NCBI GenBank assembly: GCA_012295275.1 | Contig: CM022679.1 | Coordinates: 5,394,001 to 5,458,000, forward strand | DNA length: 64,000 nucleotides | Reading direction: 5' to 3' | DNA from: Chrysomallon squamiferum | Lineage: Eukaryota; Animalia; Mollusca | In this document: one piece after another, positions 1 through 43,277 of the stretch | How positions within the stretch are numbered: the stretch's first letter is position 1 | Layout: each line of letters begins with the position of its first letter | Program-made: the position numbers and the translations under genes | Notes under the pieces: generated by a model | What the model was told of the DNA's origin: nothing | The model's input: only the letters and a program-made list of their open reading frames with translations | The model's database searches: none

Positions 1-160
1 CTTTTTTTTTTTTTTTTTTTTTTTTTTTCTAAATGACTTGGACTCACTGCAGAACTGAAAACCAGTTCCCTAAATTGGCAGAAGACGTATTACTTAACAG
101 AAAGATAAAGGTTCACTAATTTTATTACTTGCGGAAACGGCAATATCGTGCATTAAGAAC

Positions 161-197
<37 letters not shown>

Positions 198-1720
198 AGT
201 TTGAGTATAGTGTCTGCATTTCAAACAATATTTTCTTAAAAGGTCACTAACTAGACATCCATATAGACTTAACGCATCACTCAATACTTTCATGAAAAAT
301 CCAGTTAGTTTCATAATAAAATATATGAAAACAATAATCGTCAATAGGTGTGTGTGTGTGTGTTTGTGTGTGTCTATATACATATATATGTGTATGTATC
401 ATGTAATATATATGTGTATATATATTTATATGTATATATTATAGTCTGTGTGTGTGTAAATTGATGCTAAATAATTTACTGTTTTGAAATCTGATTACAA
501 ATGTTATTTCTGTGGTGTGTTTTTTTGTTGTTGTTGTTGTTGTTGTTCTATATATAAGTAAAACAAGATAGACATAACTAAAATAAATGATTAAATTAAG
601 CAATAGAAATACTGAATAACTTAGAAACCAAAATTAGACTAAATTTCAAATAATTAGCAGTAACATATTATTCCATTTCATAGATTTGAGTATGCAATAA
701 TAATAGCAAGACCGACTACTACTTGAACAACTTGCAAGTTTTATTGTAGCGAAAACGAATCTTAATAACTTTAAACTCGAAACAATTCAGCTGATGTATT
801 AAATAGGTGTAAATTAGTATCTTCTTGATCAGTCGGATTATGCTCCAATTTTATCAAAAATATAATCGATAGAACAGTTTTTTGAAAATTCATTAAAGGA
901 ACAAAACACCTCTTAATTCGTCTAAATAATGCAAAACTATAGGAATAGGTGAAACAAGACTTTAAAAAATTGCCAAATGGACCGATATCAAAAACTCTTT
1001 GCTGTTTAGACTAATAAACGAGATTTACATAAAAGAGTAACTCCGCGTAGTGTTCAGTGAAAATGTAAAATCAAAATAAAGTAGGATGATGATTGAGAAA
1101 CAGCCCTGATTTTCAGATAAATATTATTTAAACCTCTTGGATTATTTACCATTCTAATCGTTGTTGTACATCTGCTTTTATTAAATGGTATGCACCATGC
1201 ATTTCACATGACTGAATCGATTCTCTTCTTACATGGTAAGTGTTGCAGACGCTAATGTTAAGAATTTGTAGAGTGTACTTTTAAAATATTTCATCGTTCA
1301 TAACGCGATTACATTCATAAAACGACTGAAATGTTTTTCAAAAACCATATAAGACATTAATATAGGGGGGTATGTAAAACTGGTGTTTGTTATAAAAGTA
1401 TAACAACAACAAACTACTATTTCTGTTGCATCAAGAACATCTACAGAAGCTATTACGACTAATTTATGAATTCTTCTGCTACAGCTACCAATTAAAAATA
1501 AAATACAGTAGCAATATTAGTGAATAAAATGTAAACAAATACAATAAACAAATAAGAAAAGTAACTAGAACAAAGCAAATTTATTCAATAAATGAAACAA
1601 GTAAATAAACAAAGAAATTAAATAAAGAAAGAAAGAACAAAAGAAATAAGAAACAAAATAGTTAAAATAAAACAATTAAAAAAAATTAAATAAAGAAAAA
1701 TTCAGCAAGAAAACGAAAAA

Positions 1721-1782
1721 CACGTGAATTGTGTTCCAAACACGTGATCAACACCCGTATAAAAAGGCATGCATTCACGTGA
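1721..1782 (+). promoter_or_regulatory. Core promoter of the secreted-protein gene: TATA box plus three canonical E-boxes
   Basis: TATAAAAA at 1758-1765; CACGTG at 1721-1726, 1741-1746 and 1776-1781; a splice donor AAG|GTAAC follows at 1805/1806. Confidence 0.65.
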
Positions 1783-1787
1783 AGACT

Positions 1788-1805
1788 GGCTTTGCTCAAT
1801 CAAAG
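1788..1805 (+). other. Short non-coding first exon (5' UTR); start position approximate
   Basis: ~30 bp downstream of the TATA box; ends at donor CAAAG|GTAAC; matching acceptor TTTATCAG at 2398 lies 3 nt before the ATG. Confidence 0.5.
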
Positions 1806-2401
1806 GTAACGTTCGCTATTTTTATTGTTGCATTTTAAATTTCGTACACTATTTTGCTTTTTTTTTCTGTCATTTCTTTTAGTTGGTTTAGCCTGGGAAT
1901 CCATTTACCCGATACCGAAACGACACCGACACAAAATAAATCTGGTAAATGGATTCCCAGCCTTGTTTTTAATTATTCTAGTTTTACTCTTTGTACATTG
2001 CCTTTCATAAGTATTTCTGTTGGGCTGTTTGTTCCTATTTATTTATTTTTTATTTTTTGGACATTTGAGAGTTTTGCGGAGATAGTTTCAAATAGTTGGC
2101 TTGTAATTTTTTACCGTATAATAGTAATTGTTAAAGATTTGCCCATCGTTGGCAGAGTACAAAAACAGTGTTAAACATCAAATGACCGTTTATAGAAATG
2201 TTAATATCGTTAAACAAAATGACAAATGTTTCATAATATGGTTTCTTCAGCCCTTGACTTCCGTCCTAACTTGAGATACTTTTGTCAATTTTTATTTTAC
2301 TAGTATTTATTTATTATAATAATTATTACTATTATTACTACTACCACTACTACTTCTTAGAAAAGTAATATATTTAATATTGTGACATTGTTTATCAGAA
2401 A

Positions 2402-3571
2402 ATGAAGGTGTTGGTAGGTCTGGTGTTGGCGGTTGTCTGTCATCTCACAGATTGTCGTAGACACGGAGGTGGAGGACGTAGACGTGGACGACTGGAAGAA
2501 CGGATTGAGAAAGGCATCCGGAAACTTTGTATTGGCGTAAAAATATTGAACCATGTTGAGGTATTTTTTTTTAAAACGGTAAAATATCAAATCGGTATAA
2601 ACTTCTTGTAGATTGGGATCCTTTAATTGTATAGTGGGTAAATTGGTGTAACAAGCTACAACGGATTCTAGATTTTATGTAGGCAAACGAATAGCTGATT
2701 TAATGTCAAATTTAAAATATTTTCGTTTCAGATGGCGGAAGACTCGAAAAATGCATCGTATCCAGACACGTCTGCAGTTCAACGAGCTATGAACAGAAAC
2801 GGAGCTTCTGAAGCGCTTGATGCGGGTTTGATGGACATTCTGCTTGACATCTGCGACGACATAAATGTTAATAATGACGATCATATGAGCCTAACGAGCG
2901 TACCGACAGATGTGCCCACCGACAATTCCTTGGGCAAAAAGTCGGTGACGGGACCCACGGGCATGCCCAGCGGCGGAGGCTGGCAGGACAGACCCACGGG
3001 CATGCCCGGGGTGGAGGCTGGCAGAACAGACCCACGGGCATGCCCGGGGGTGGAGGCTGGCAGGACAGACCCACGGGCATGCCCGGGGGCGGAGGCTGGC
3101 AGGACAGACCCACGGGCATGCCCGGGGGCGGAGGCTGGCAGGACAGACCCACGGGCATGCCCAACGGCGGTGTCACGGGCATGCCCAACGGTGGACCCAT
3201 GGGCAGACCCACGCAAGGAGTGTCCGATCCTGCAGAAGTTGACAAAGTGAAACATTCTGTCGTTAAAGGAATTTTCCGCCTTTGTAAAACCGTTAAACAT
3301 TTGGAAAGAATGGAAATGGTATTTAACTTTTTATTTTATTTAAAAATGTATAAAATAAAATATCCTGGCTTAACACTCGAATGGTGAAGTCTAATGTTAA
3401 TCTGTTTAGCTATCCTAGTCTTAAATTGTCGCAAACATTTTATTTTACTTTGTTTATCTTGTCTAGGATGTCGATCTTCCGTTCATGGAGTTTTTAAACG
3501 AAGCTTGCATGTTCTTAAAAGATTTTGGAAGACACAACGTGCATGTCCGTTTTGTCGACCATACCCAATGA
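2402..3571 (+). CDS. Uncharacterised secreted Gly/Pro/Trp-repeat protein, ~283 aa; coding exons 2402-2560, 2732-3318 (1-nt frameshift at 3008-3011) and 3467-3571
   Basis: AAAATGA start; signal-peptide-like MKVLVGLVLAVVCHLTDC; phase-0 GT-AG introns 2561-2731 and 3319-3466; adding one G to repeat 2 gives a continuous frame ending DVDLPFMEFLNEACMFLKDFGRHNVHVRFVDHTQ-TGA; internal duplication of a Cys module supports the corrected frame. Confidence 0.8.
2954..3147 (+). repeat. Coding minisatellite: five 39-bp units (unit 2 is 38 bp), followed by two partial units to ~3195
   Basis: Unit CCCACGGGCATGCCCGGGGGYGGAGGCTGGCAGGACAGA = PTGMPGGGGWQDR. Confidence 0.95.
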
Positions 3572-3854
3572 GGCCAACGCCTTTTCTGAACGAGCTTTCC
3601 GATAGAAGCCAGGTAAATGTTTGAAAAGATTATAGTAAGTCCATATTAACATTATTTCATCTCAAAATGATGAAAAAAAAAATAGTAATACGATTTGATT
3701 TTATATCGGTAATATTGTAAACTATCATCTTGAAATTCTGTAAGCTGAATAATTCGATAGTTAACATAAATTTTTGTTTAATAAATGTATATTGCTGTTA
3801 AGAATGAGCCTCACAAATCTTAATACGAAAAAATTAAACTTGTTTTCGTTTCAG

Positions 3855-3910
3855 GTAAACTTAAAATTCGTTATACTATTTCGATGGTTGTGGACATGAA
3901 TAAAGTGATT
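3855..3910 (+). terminator. Probable terminal non-coding exon with polyadenylation signal
   Basis: Donor CAG|GTAAAT at 3612/3613, acceptor TTTCGTTTCAG at 3854, AATAAA at 3899-3904 followed by T/GT-rich sequence. Confidence 0.5.
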
Positions 3911-5770
3911 AAACTTATATTTGTTTTGTAGTTTTAAATGTTCAGTTTAGAATTGTGGTGTGTATGGCTTTCTGTTGATATACATTCTACCCTCACGAGT
4001 GAAGCATGACTACAATCTTTTGATGTGTAAAACTCCGCAAGAGTCGTGAAAAAGGGAAGAAACTGAAGGTTACTGAGGGCAGTTCGTCAACAGGCGCAGG
4101 CAACCAAAATGAATTGGCCAGTTGTACACATGTCTGAAAGTAGCTCATGTGAATTCGCAAAATAAAACGGTGGAACAAGGGAGATTACTTTCAATAATGT
4201 GTCGATGTACTTTCTCTCCCCTGTTCTGTTTTACACTCTAAACGGTAAATGTGGGGCGGGATTTTTTTAAATTTCGTTTAAATTCCATTGCTTTTCCTTA
4301 TACGAACAGCTTTATATACAAATTGAGATACTAATTAATATACCTTTGTAGTTTATTAAAAATAGGTTACAGAGACGGATATTTCATTTCGTTGTAGTGA
4401 TATAAAATTGTTTTTGCTTGTTAATAATTATTAATATTACAGAGTTCTGAAGTGCTATTTGATTCTTTAACTAACGCGTTTAATTTATATTTATTTTACC
4501 TACAAGTGGAAGAAACTTTTTATTCAAAATGCTCGAGAGAACAGATTTGTGTATACACTAAACACAACTGCCAATCTTCATTACATGTATAAATCGGCTA
4601 ACTTTTGTCATAATTGAATGTATGTTCTCAGTAGTTCAAGTTTCATTACTAATTTAAAAGCCGTTCCCTGCTGTGCCTAACAAGGCAGAATGCTGGCGAA
4701 TTCCGACTGATTACAACAAGCTTTCGTAAACGCATCTGACTAAAAACTCGCTGTACATTAGCCGATAACACTGCAATTGTTTACATATGTTCAAGATGAA
4801 CTGCTGACATAGTTGACGTATGTGTGTATTGTAGTCGGTTTTGGATTTCATTGTTCGTAAAATGATGGGGATGGTGACACATTATCCGTTACCCGACAAT
4901 AGGTATCTCTGAAATGAGCACGTATTTTTTTGTCTTTGATAATTCCTACCCCAGATAAAAACGTAAATACAGAAAGCTAGATACAAACATAAAACCAGAT
5001 ACAGATGAATGGGTGAATGGACGGATCGGAATGTAGATGGGAACACTATTCATACGTACGGTTAAATTTAAAAAAACTGAGAGCAAAGGGGTTTGCAATC
5101 AATAGAACATATATCTGAATTAACGCCTGCTTGTTCAACATGGTTCTTGTTACGAATATTTAGATTTTATAAATGGAAATATGATCACTCGACTCGTTTA
5201 CCAGGTTAACAGAACGGACATTAACAGAACTTTCGTTCACATACATTGATAATATCGTTCATATGCTTGATTTTTGATGAACCTGTTTAATACTGCAACA
5301 CAAACTTGATGAAGACCTCTCGAAAAGTGTCTTGAGATGAGTTTTCAAATTTCTTTCATTTTCACAACAGATGAAAAACAAAATTCTCTCGTATTGGCTG
5401 TCACTCTTAAACATGCTTGTCTGATTTCATCACTGCCTCTTGGTACACACGGACGTTTCTGAAAGATAAAATAAATTGCAGTGTCTCGTACACACGTTTA
5501 GCTTGATGGAGTGAACGGCAGATGCCACGGTGACTTCAAAACACTGTAATATATCTTGTAATCTGAAATTAAAGCGGCCACGTTTCTGAAATTTTCTGAA
5601 ATGAAAATGGCCTTATTGCAATGAGTTATTCAAAAAGGCCTTCTGAGAATGCTTTTATTGTTGTATTTCAGTTCAGAGGCCATGTTTCAGTGGCAATATG
5701 ATTTTCATCAATTTTATTAGGGCAGTGGTTATTCCGTTTAAAGACATTTAACCTTTTTGAAATATTCTCT

Positions 5771-5814
<44 letters not shown>

Positions 5815-6822
5815 TTAAAACTATAAGAAAATATCAAACACCTATTATTTAAACGCATATTATCAAGTCCATTAATGTGCAAATATTTAGATGTTATCTA
5901 ATGCTATTTTAGTTCAAACTGCGTGACTTGCATTACGAGTGCTTCTTGCTGGGACGTGTTTGGTAAAGAGGACATTAACCTGAGAGATTCGTTATTTCAT
6001 GGATTTAATGTTTTATATCTCTATTATATCAAACCAGTATATTCAAAAGTAACATAGAAAGTTCCACTTTATATATATTCACACTTTGTTTTGTTTATAT
6101 TTGTGCCTGTGATTATATATGTGTGTGTTTGTGTGTTTGAGTGTATGTGTATTTCCTTGTATCATTGAATGACTGCTTATCAATTTGTTTCGAAATTCGT
6201 ACACGTAATATAGAAATTTTCATCTCTGTCAAACATTGATATATTACTACAAACTTATCATACGGCTATTACCACAGAAACGAAATATGTGTAACTAATA
6301 TATGAAGTATACCTCTGAACGTACCATTTACTAAATAAGCATTAAAGTAATATGAAATTCTGATGATTAATTCACGTATGGATTACAAATATAATTTACA
6401 GGCATTGTGAAATCTGAATATCTTTAATCAATTCTGTCAATGATACCGACTGTAACTTAGATTTATTAAACGTCGCTTGCGAAATAGTTTCTTTACGTTC
6501 AGTCGCTATTTCTAGGTTTGTAAAGGAGATTATCCTGTGTAAATGACGGTATTATGGACACACATTGAATATAATTATAGTATCAGAGAATGAAAAGACT
6601 CAAAGATTTCAGTAATGCGGTCAAGATCAAATGAGTTTAATAAATATATACACGTATATTAATTGTATACAAAACGCCGCATATTCTTTACAGATTCCGA
6701 ACAATCAAACACAGAGACACATTGGATTAGTTGAAATATTAAGTATATGAACTGTATTAGTTACTATATTTAAAACAGAACCTATTTCGCTGTTTTACCA
6801 TTACTACCAGTACATCGTGTCT

Positions 6823-6858
<36 letters not shown>

Positions 6859-7261
6859 CATGGGCCATAGCATACATCTCAGGGACGGTAAACACAACAG
6901 AATGCTTGCGTTAAATGATAAAATAAAAAGTTTGATTTTCTAAAAAGACAAAACTATTGGTATTTATTTACCTATTTATCATTTTTTAAATATCAGTGTA
7001 CATCATACAGAGAAAGGCTATTGTTACCACAGATGTACAGAAATGCTTGCCATCAGCAAGCTAGTGTAAGTTGCGCATGCGTATTTAAATAATAATTTAT
7101 AGTGTAATATACAGGATAAAATGGATATATCTATTTTAATGGTTTTATTATTGTTGTTGTTGTTATTATTCTTATTATTGCATTTATTCATATCTTTACT
7201 TTTATTTTTATTTAAATTTTTACTTTTAGATTGATTTATTTATTTTTATTATGATTATTAT

Positions 7262-7303
<42 letters not shown>

Positions 7304-7959
7304 GCAAATTTTGATTACAGATGTACAGTTGTCAGACAGTTCATTGTTATATCATAGGAAAAGCTAAAAACAAACAAATACAACAGCAACAGCAACAACG
7401 ACAACAACGACGACAACAACAACAACAACAATAATAATAATAATAATAATAATAAAAATGAATAAATATTTTATTTACATACAGAAATAGAAAATGTGCT
7501 ATAATGTCACTCAGTATTTGACGTTTGTTAACATCAACTTCTGCGATAACCAAAATGGCGGACACGCGAAACACTAACTGACCACTGAGAAATGTCGACA
7601 CATTCACACAACCACAAACACAGCTTCCCTGAAACATGGAATTAGTACCACTAATAAAGATTAACTCACATTCGGAAGTAAGGTTTTCTTCACTGCAGAA
7701 TGCTGCAGATTCTGTAGATGATGTTCAGAACATTTCGTATGAGATACTTAACGAAAATTTAATTATGAAAAAAAAAAAAATTAATTAGACAGAAGTCATA
7801 ATCTTCACTTTGAAGTGCCGAAGATTCTTAAGTGTTTTTCCGCCTGTGGATATGTAGTAATTGATTATTTCAGGGCTGTGGAGGTTCTTTGAGGTTAAAG
7901 TTTCTTCCAGAATATTTAGCAGTCTTTATGCTTTGCGTAACTATGTGTATTCTACAGCT

Positions 7960-8650
7960 ATGTGGTCTAGAGTTGTGTGATCTAGAATTGTGTGATCTAG
8001 AGTTTTGTAATATATAACTGTGTAATCTAGAATTGTGTGATCTAGAGTTGGTTGTGTGATCTACAGTAGTGCAGTCTAGAGTTGCGTGATCTAGAATTGT
8101 GTAATCATCAGCTATTTAATCTAGAGTTGTGTGATCTTGAGTTATATAATCTCGAGTTGTGTGATCTAGAGTTGGTTGTGTGATCTAGAGTTGTGCAGTC
8201 TAGAGTTGCGTGATCTAGAGTTGGTTATGTGATCTACAGTTGTGCAGTCTAGAGTTGCGTGATCTAGAATTGGTTGTGTGATCTACAGTTGTGCAGTCTA
8301 GAGTTGTGTGATCTACAGTTGTGCAATCTAGAGTTGCGTGATCTAGAATTGTGTAACCTAAAATTGTATATTCTAAAGCTGTGTGATCTACAGTTGTGCA
8401 GTCTAGAGTTGCGTGATCTAGAGTTGGTTGTGTGATCTAGAGTTGTGCAGTCTAGAGTTGCGTGATCTAGAGTTGTGTGATCTACAGTTGTGCAGTCTAG
8501 AGTTGCGTGATCTAGAATTGTATATTCTAGAGTTGTGTGATGTAGAGCTTTTTTCTCTAGAGTTGTGTGATCTACAGTTTTCTAATCTAGAATTGTGTAA
8601 TCTAGAGTTTTGAATCTACAGCTGTGTGAACTGAAATGTGTAATCCACAG
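7960..8650. repeat. 15-bp minisatellite with 19-bp variants
   Basis: Tandem TCTAGAGTTGTGTGA units, variants TCTACAGTTGTGCAG and TCTAGAGTTGGTTGTGTGA. Confidence 0.95.
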
Positions 8651-9408
8651 TTATATGATGATGATGATGATGATAATGATATAACAATAACAATAAAAAT
8701 AACAATATCAACAATAATAACAATAACAATGATAATATCCATGTCTGTGCGTGTGTGTTTGTGTATTTGTGTGTATGTGTGTATATATATAAGAAAAACA
8801 AAAAACAACATAAACCTCAGGACATTATGTATAGAATTCTTTATGCAGTGTCGATATACATATATATTTCAGAATTGCAAATTAAAGTACATACTATTAT
8901 ATTTATGTAGAGAATAGTGTATACATATAAATAGAATTTCATATAAAGATTAACATATATGCAGAATGAGTATATAGTAATGTAATACAGCTTTTCTATT
9001 TACTACTTTCTAAATAATTTTATTCTGATAAAATTGATGACGAATTTTTATTTTATTATATATTTCCTTCAGTGAATGAGATAAACTTATATCTCCCTAT
9101 ATCGATTGTATAATTACTTTTCTATTATTGCTAGTATTAGTATTAGAATAAAAGTTATTATTATTATTATTAGTAGTAGTAGTAGTAGTAGTAGTAGCAG
9201 TAATAGTAGTAGTAGTAATGTTCTTCTTGTTGTTGTAGAAGTAATAGTAGTACTAGTAGTAATGTTTTTGTTGTTGTCGTAGAAGTATTAGTAGTAAAAA
9301 TTATTATTATTAATCTCCGTTTGGAATACAATTATATCTTCTAAAAATATTACACATGATAGGATTTATTTCATTTATACACAGTATATACATCAGTATT
9401 ACGGTTTA

Positions 9409-9567
9409 AGGCCCGTACCCAGGAATGAGATGTGCGTTCCTTTGCAAAGAAAGTCAACATCAAAAAAAAAGAAAGAAGCTTGAAAAAAAAAATAGATAAA
9501 GTATCTTTTGAGTTGTGCTTCCCCAGCCCCCTCACCCCATCCATAAATGCTGCGGCGGTACGGGCCT
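9409..9567. mobile_element. Short MITE-like element with 11-bp terminal inverted repeats, in the cyclase 3' UTR
   Basis: AGGCCCGTACC (9409-9419) and its exact reverse complement GGTACGGGCCT (9557-9567); C-rich subterminal tract; no clear target-site duplication. Confidence 0.55.
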
Positions 9568-9595
9568 GAGTATTATAGTCAACAGAACATTGCTG

Positions 9596-41788
<32,193 letters not shown>

Positions 41789-42049
41789 CTGTAAAATAAA
41801 AAAAAAAAAAAGAATGGAAATTAAACTGAGGAGATGACAGATACACAGATGGAAAGACTAGTGCCTGCAGTGAGAAAAAAACACACCTGCCAAACAGTAA
41901 TTAATTAGGTCGTTAAAATAAACACATACATGCATACACACACGCACATATACATACATAATACATAATACATACATACATACATCATTATACATCAATA
42001 GCATGCATGCATGTATACATCAATATCCCAAATTATGAAAACATTGAAC

Positions 42050-42910
42050 AAAATTAAGAAAACAAATTCTTGCCAAATTAATTTCAGTAACTTACGCTTA
42101 CAGCAGATTTCTTTTTTCTATTCTTTTCTATTCTTTTACTTGAAATGAGGCTCATTTTAAAAGGCCACAGCTTTCGGAAGTAAACATGCTTATGGCATAT
42201 TTTTGTCTGCTTTTTGAATCGAACTAAAATGTCAAAATGTAGCTAAATTTCAAATCACAGATAAATAATATTTGCTTCGGAGTGCGGGCTAATGGGTCTC
42301 ATACGTTCGAGTCTCGTCATCGGTTTGTGATTGGACTTTGTCCTCCTGTGTCAGTGCGTTTCCAAATATTTTCTATGTGCAGAGTCTAATCAGATGTACA
42401 TAAGACAGAGAATATTCAAATCCTAAAATACACATTTACAGAAACAAGAACACTATTTTGTAAGCACTATCTACCATCGGCTTATAAACAAACCCTTTGA
42501 AAGAAGCATGAAATAATATTCTTTTAATTTTAAATGGCGTATTCAACACATTCTTAATTTAAGGTTTACACAGTTCACCGCATTTTAGTGAAATTTTGTA
42601 GGAACCATGAACGTTCCACGTCAGAAAAATATATTTTGACCTTTAAAAAACAAAAATAAGACAAAGAATTTTCAAAATTAATTTCAATAACAAAGGCTTA
42701 CAGCAGATTTGTTTCTTCTATTCTTTCATTTAAAACACATAAAAAATGTCGAAGTTATCGGTAAGTCATTGGCATTATTTTGAAAGGCCACAGTTTGTCA
42801 GTGATGTTAACACGATTATAATATTTTTTATCTATTCACTGCTTAATAAAAAGACAACTACAATGTGAATCCTGCAGATAAATTTCAAATCACTTAGAAA
42901 TAATATTTTT
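42050..42910. repeat. Diverged ~230-bp direct duplication (about 42050-42273 and 42653-42908)
   Basis: Collinear shared blocks AAATTAATTTCA, GCTTACAGCAGATTT, AAAGGCCACAG, TAAATTTCAAATCAC, AAATAATATTT. Confidence 0.8.
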
Positions 42911-43242
42911 TTTTATGGAAATAATCAGCTCCAGAACAGAATTTAAATATTAATTGTAGGTTATAACATGTTTGACCATAAAAAAAAAAGGATAGAGTTA
43001 GACAAATAGATAGCAATTTAGAAACAAGTTAGACATAAAGAAAGAAAGAAGAGAGAACGGGTAGAGCTACAGAGAGAAAGAAAGAAAGACACAGAGAGAG
43101 AGAAGGAAAGAGAGAAAATGAAATAAAGAGTTAAAGAAAGTGAGAAATAAAGCATGACAGAGATATATGTGTATTGAAACATAGATAGACAGACACAGAA
43201 AGACAGATAGATAGACAGACAAACAGACAGACAGATAGATAT

Positions 43243-43277
<35 letters not shown>

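Noticed and set aside
2954-3147. CRISPR-like array or APGWamide/GWamide neuropeptide repeats
   Set aside because: Units are contiguous with no unique spacers; Trp is followed by QDR, not the G-K/R-R amidation and cleavage signal
2868-3300. Antisense ORFs (125 aa and 139 aa) over the coding repeat
   Set aside because: Open only because the GC-rich 39-bp unit has no stops; splice sites, promoter and signal peptide all support the plus strand
3394-3624. 76-aa ORF MLICLAILVLNC...
   Set aside because: Out-of-frame overlap of intron 3 and exon 4 of the secreted gene
8428-8613. Leu/Cys-rich LELCD repeat ORF (leucine-rich or pentapeptide-repeat-like)
   Set aside because: Translation of the 15-bp minisatellite; no splice or start context, neighbouring units shift frame
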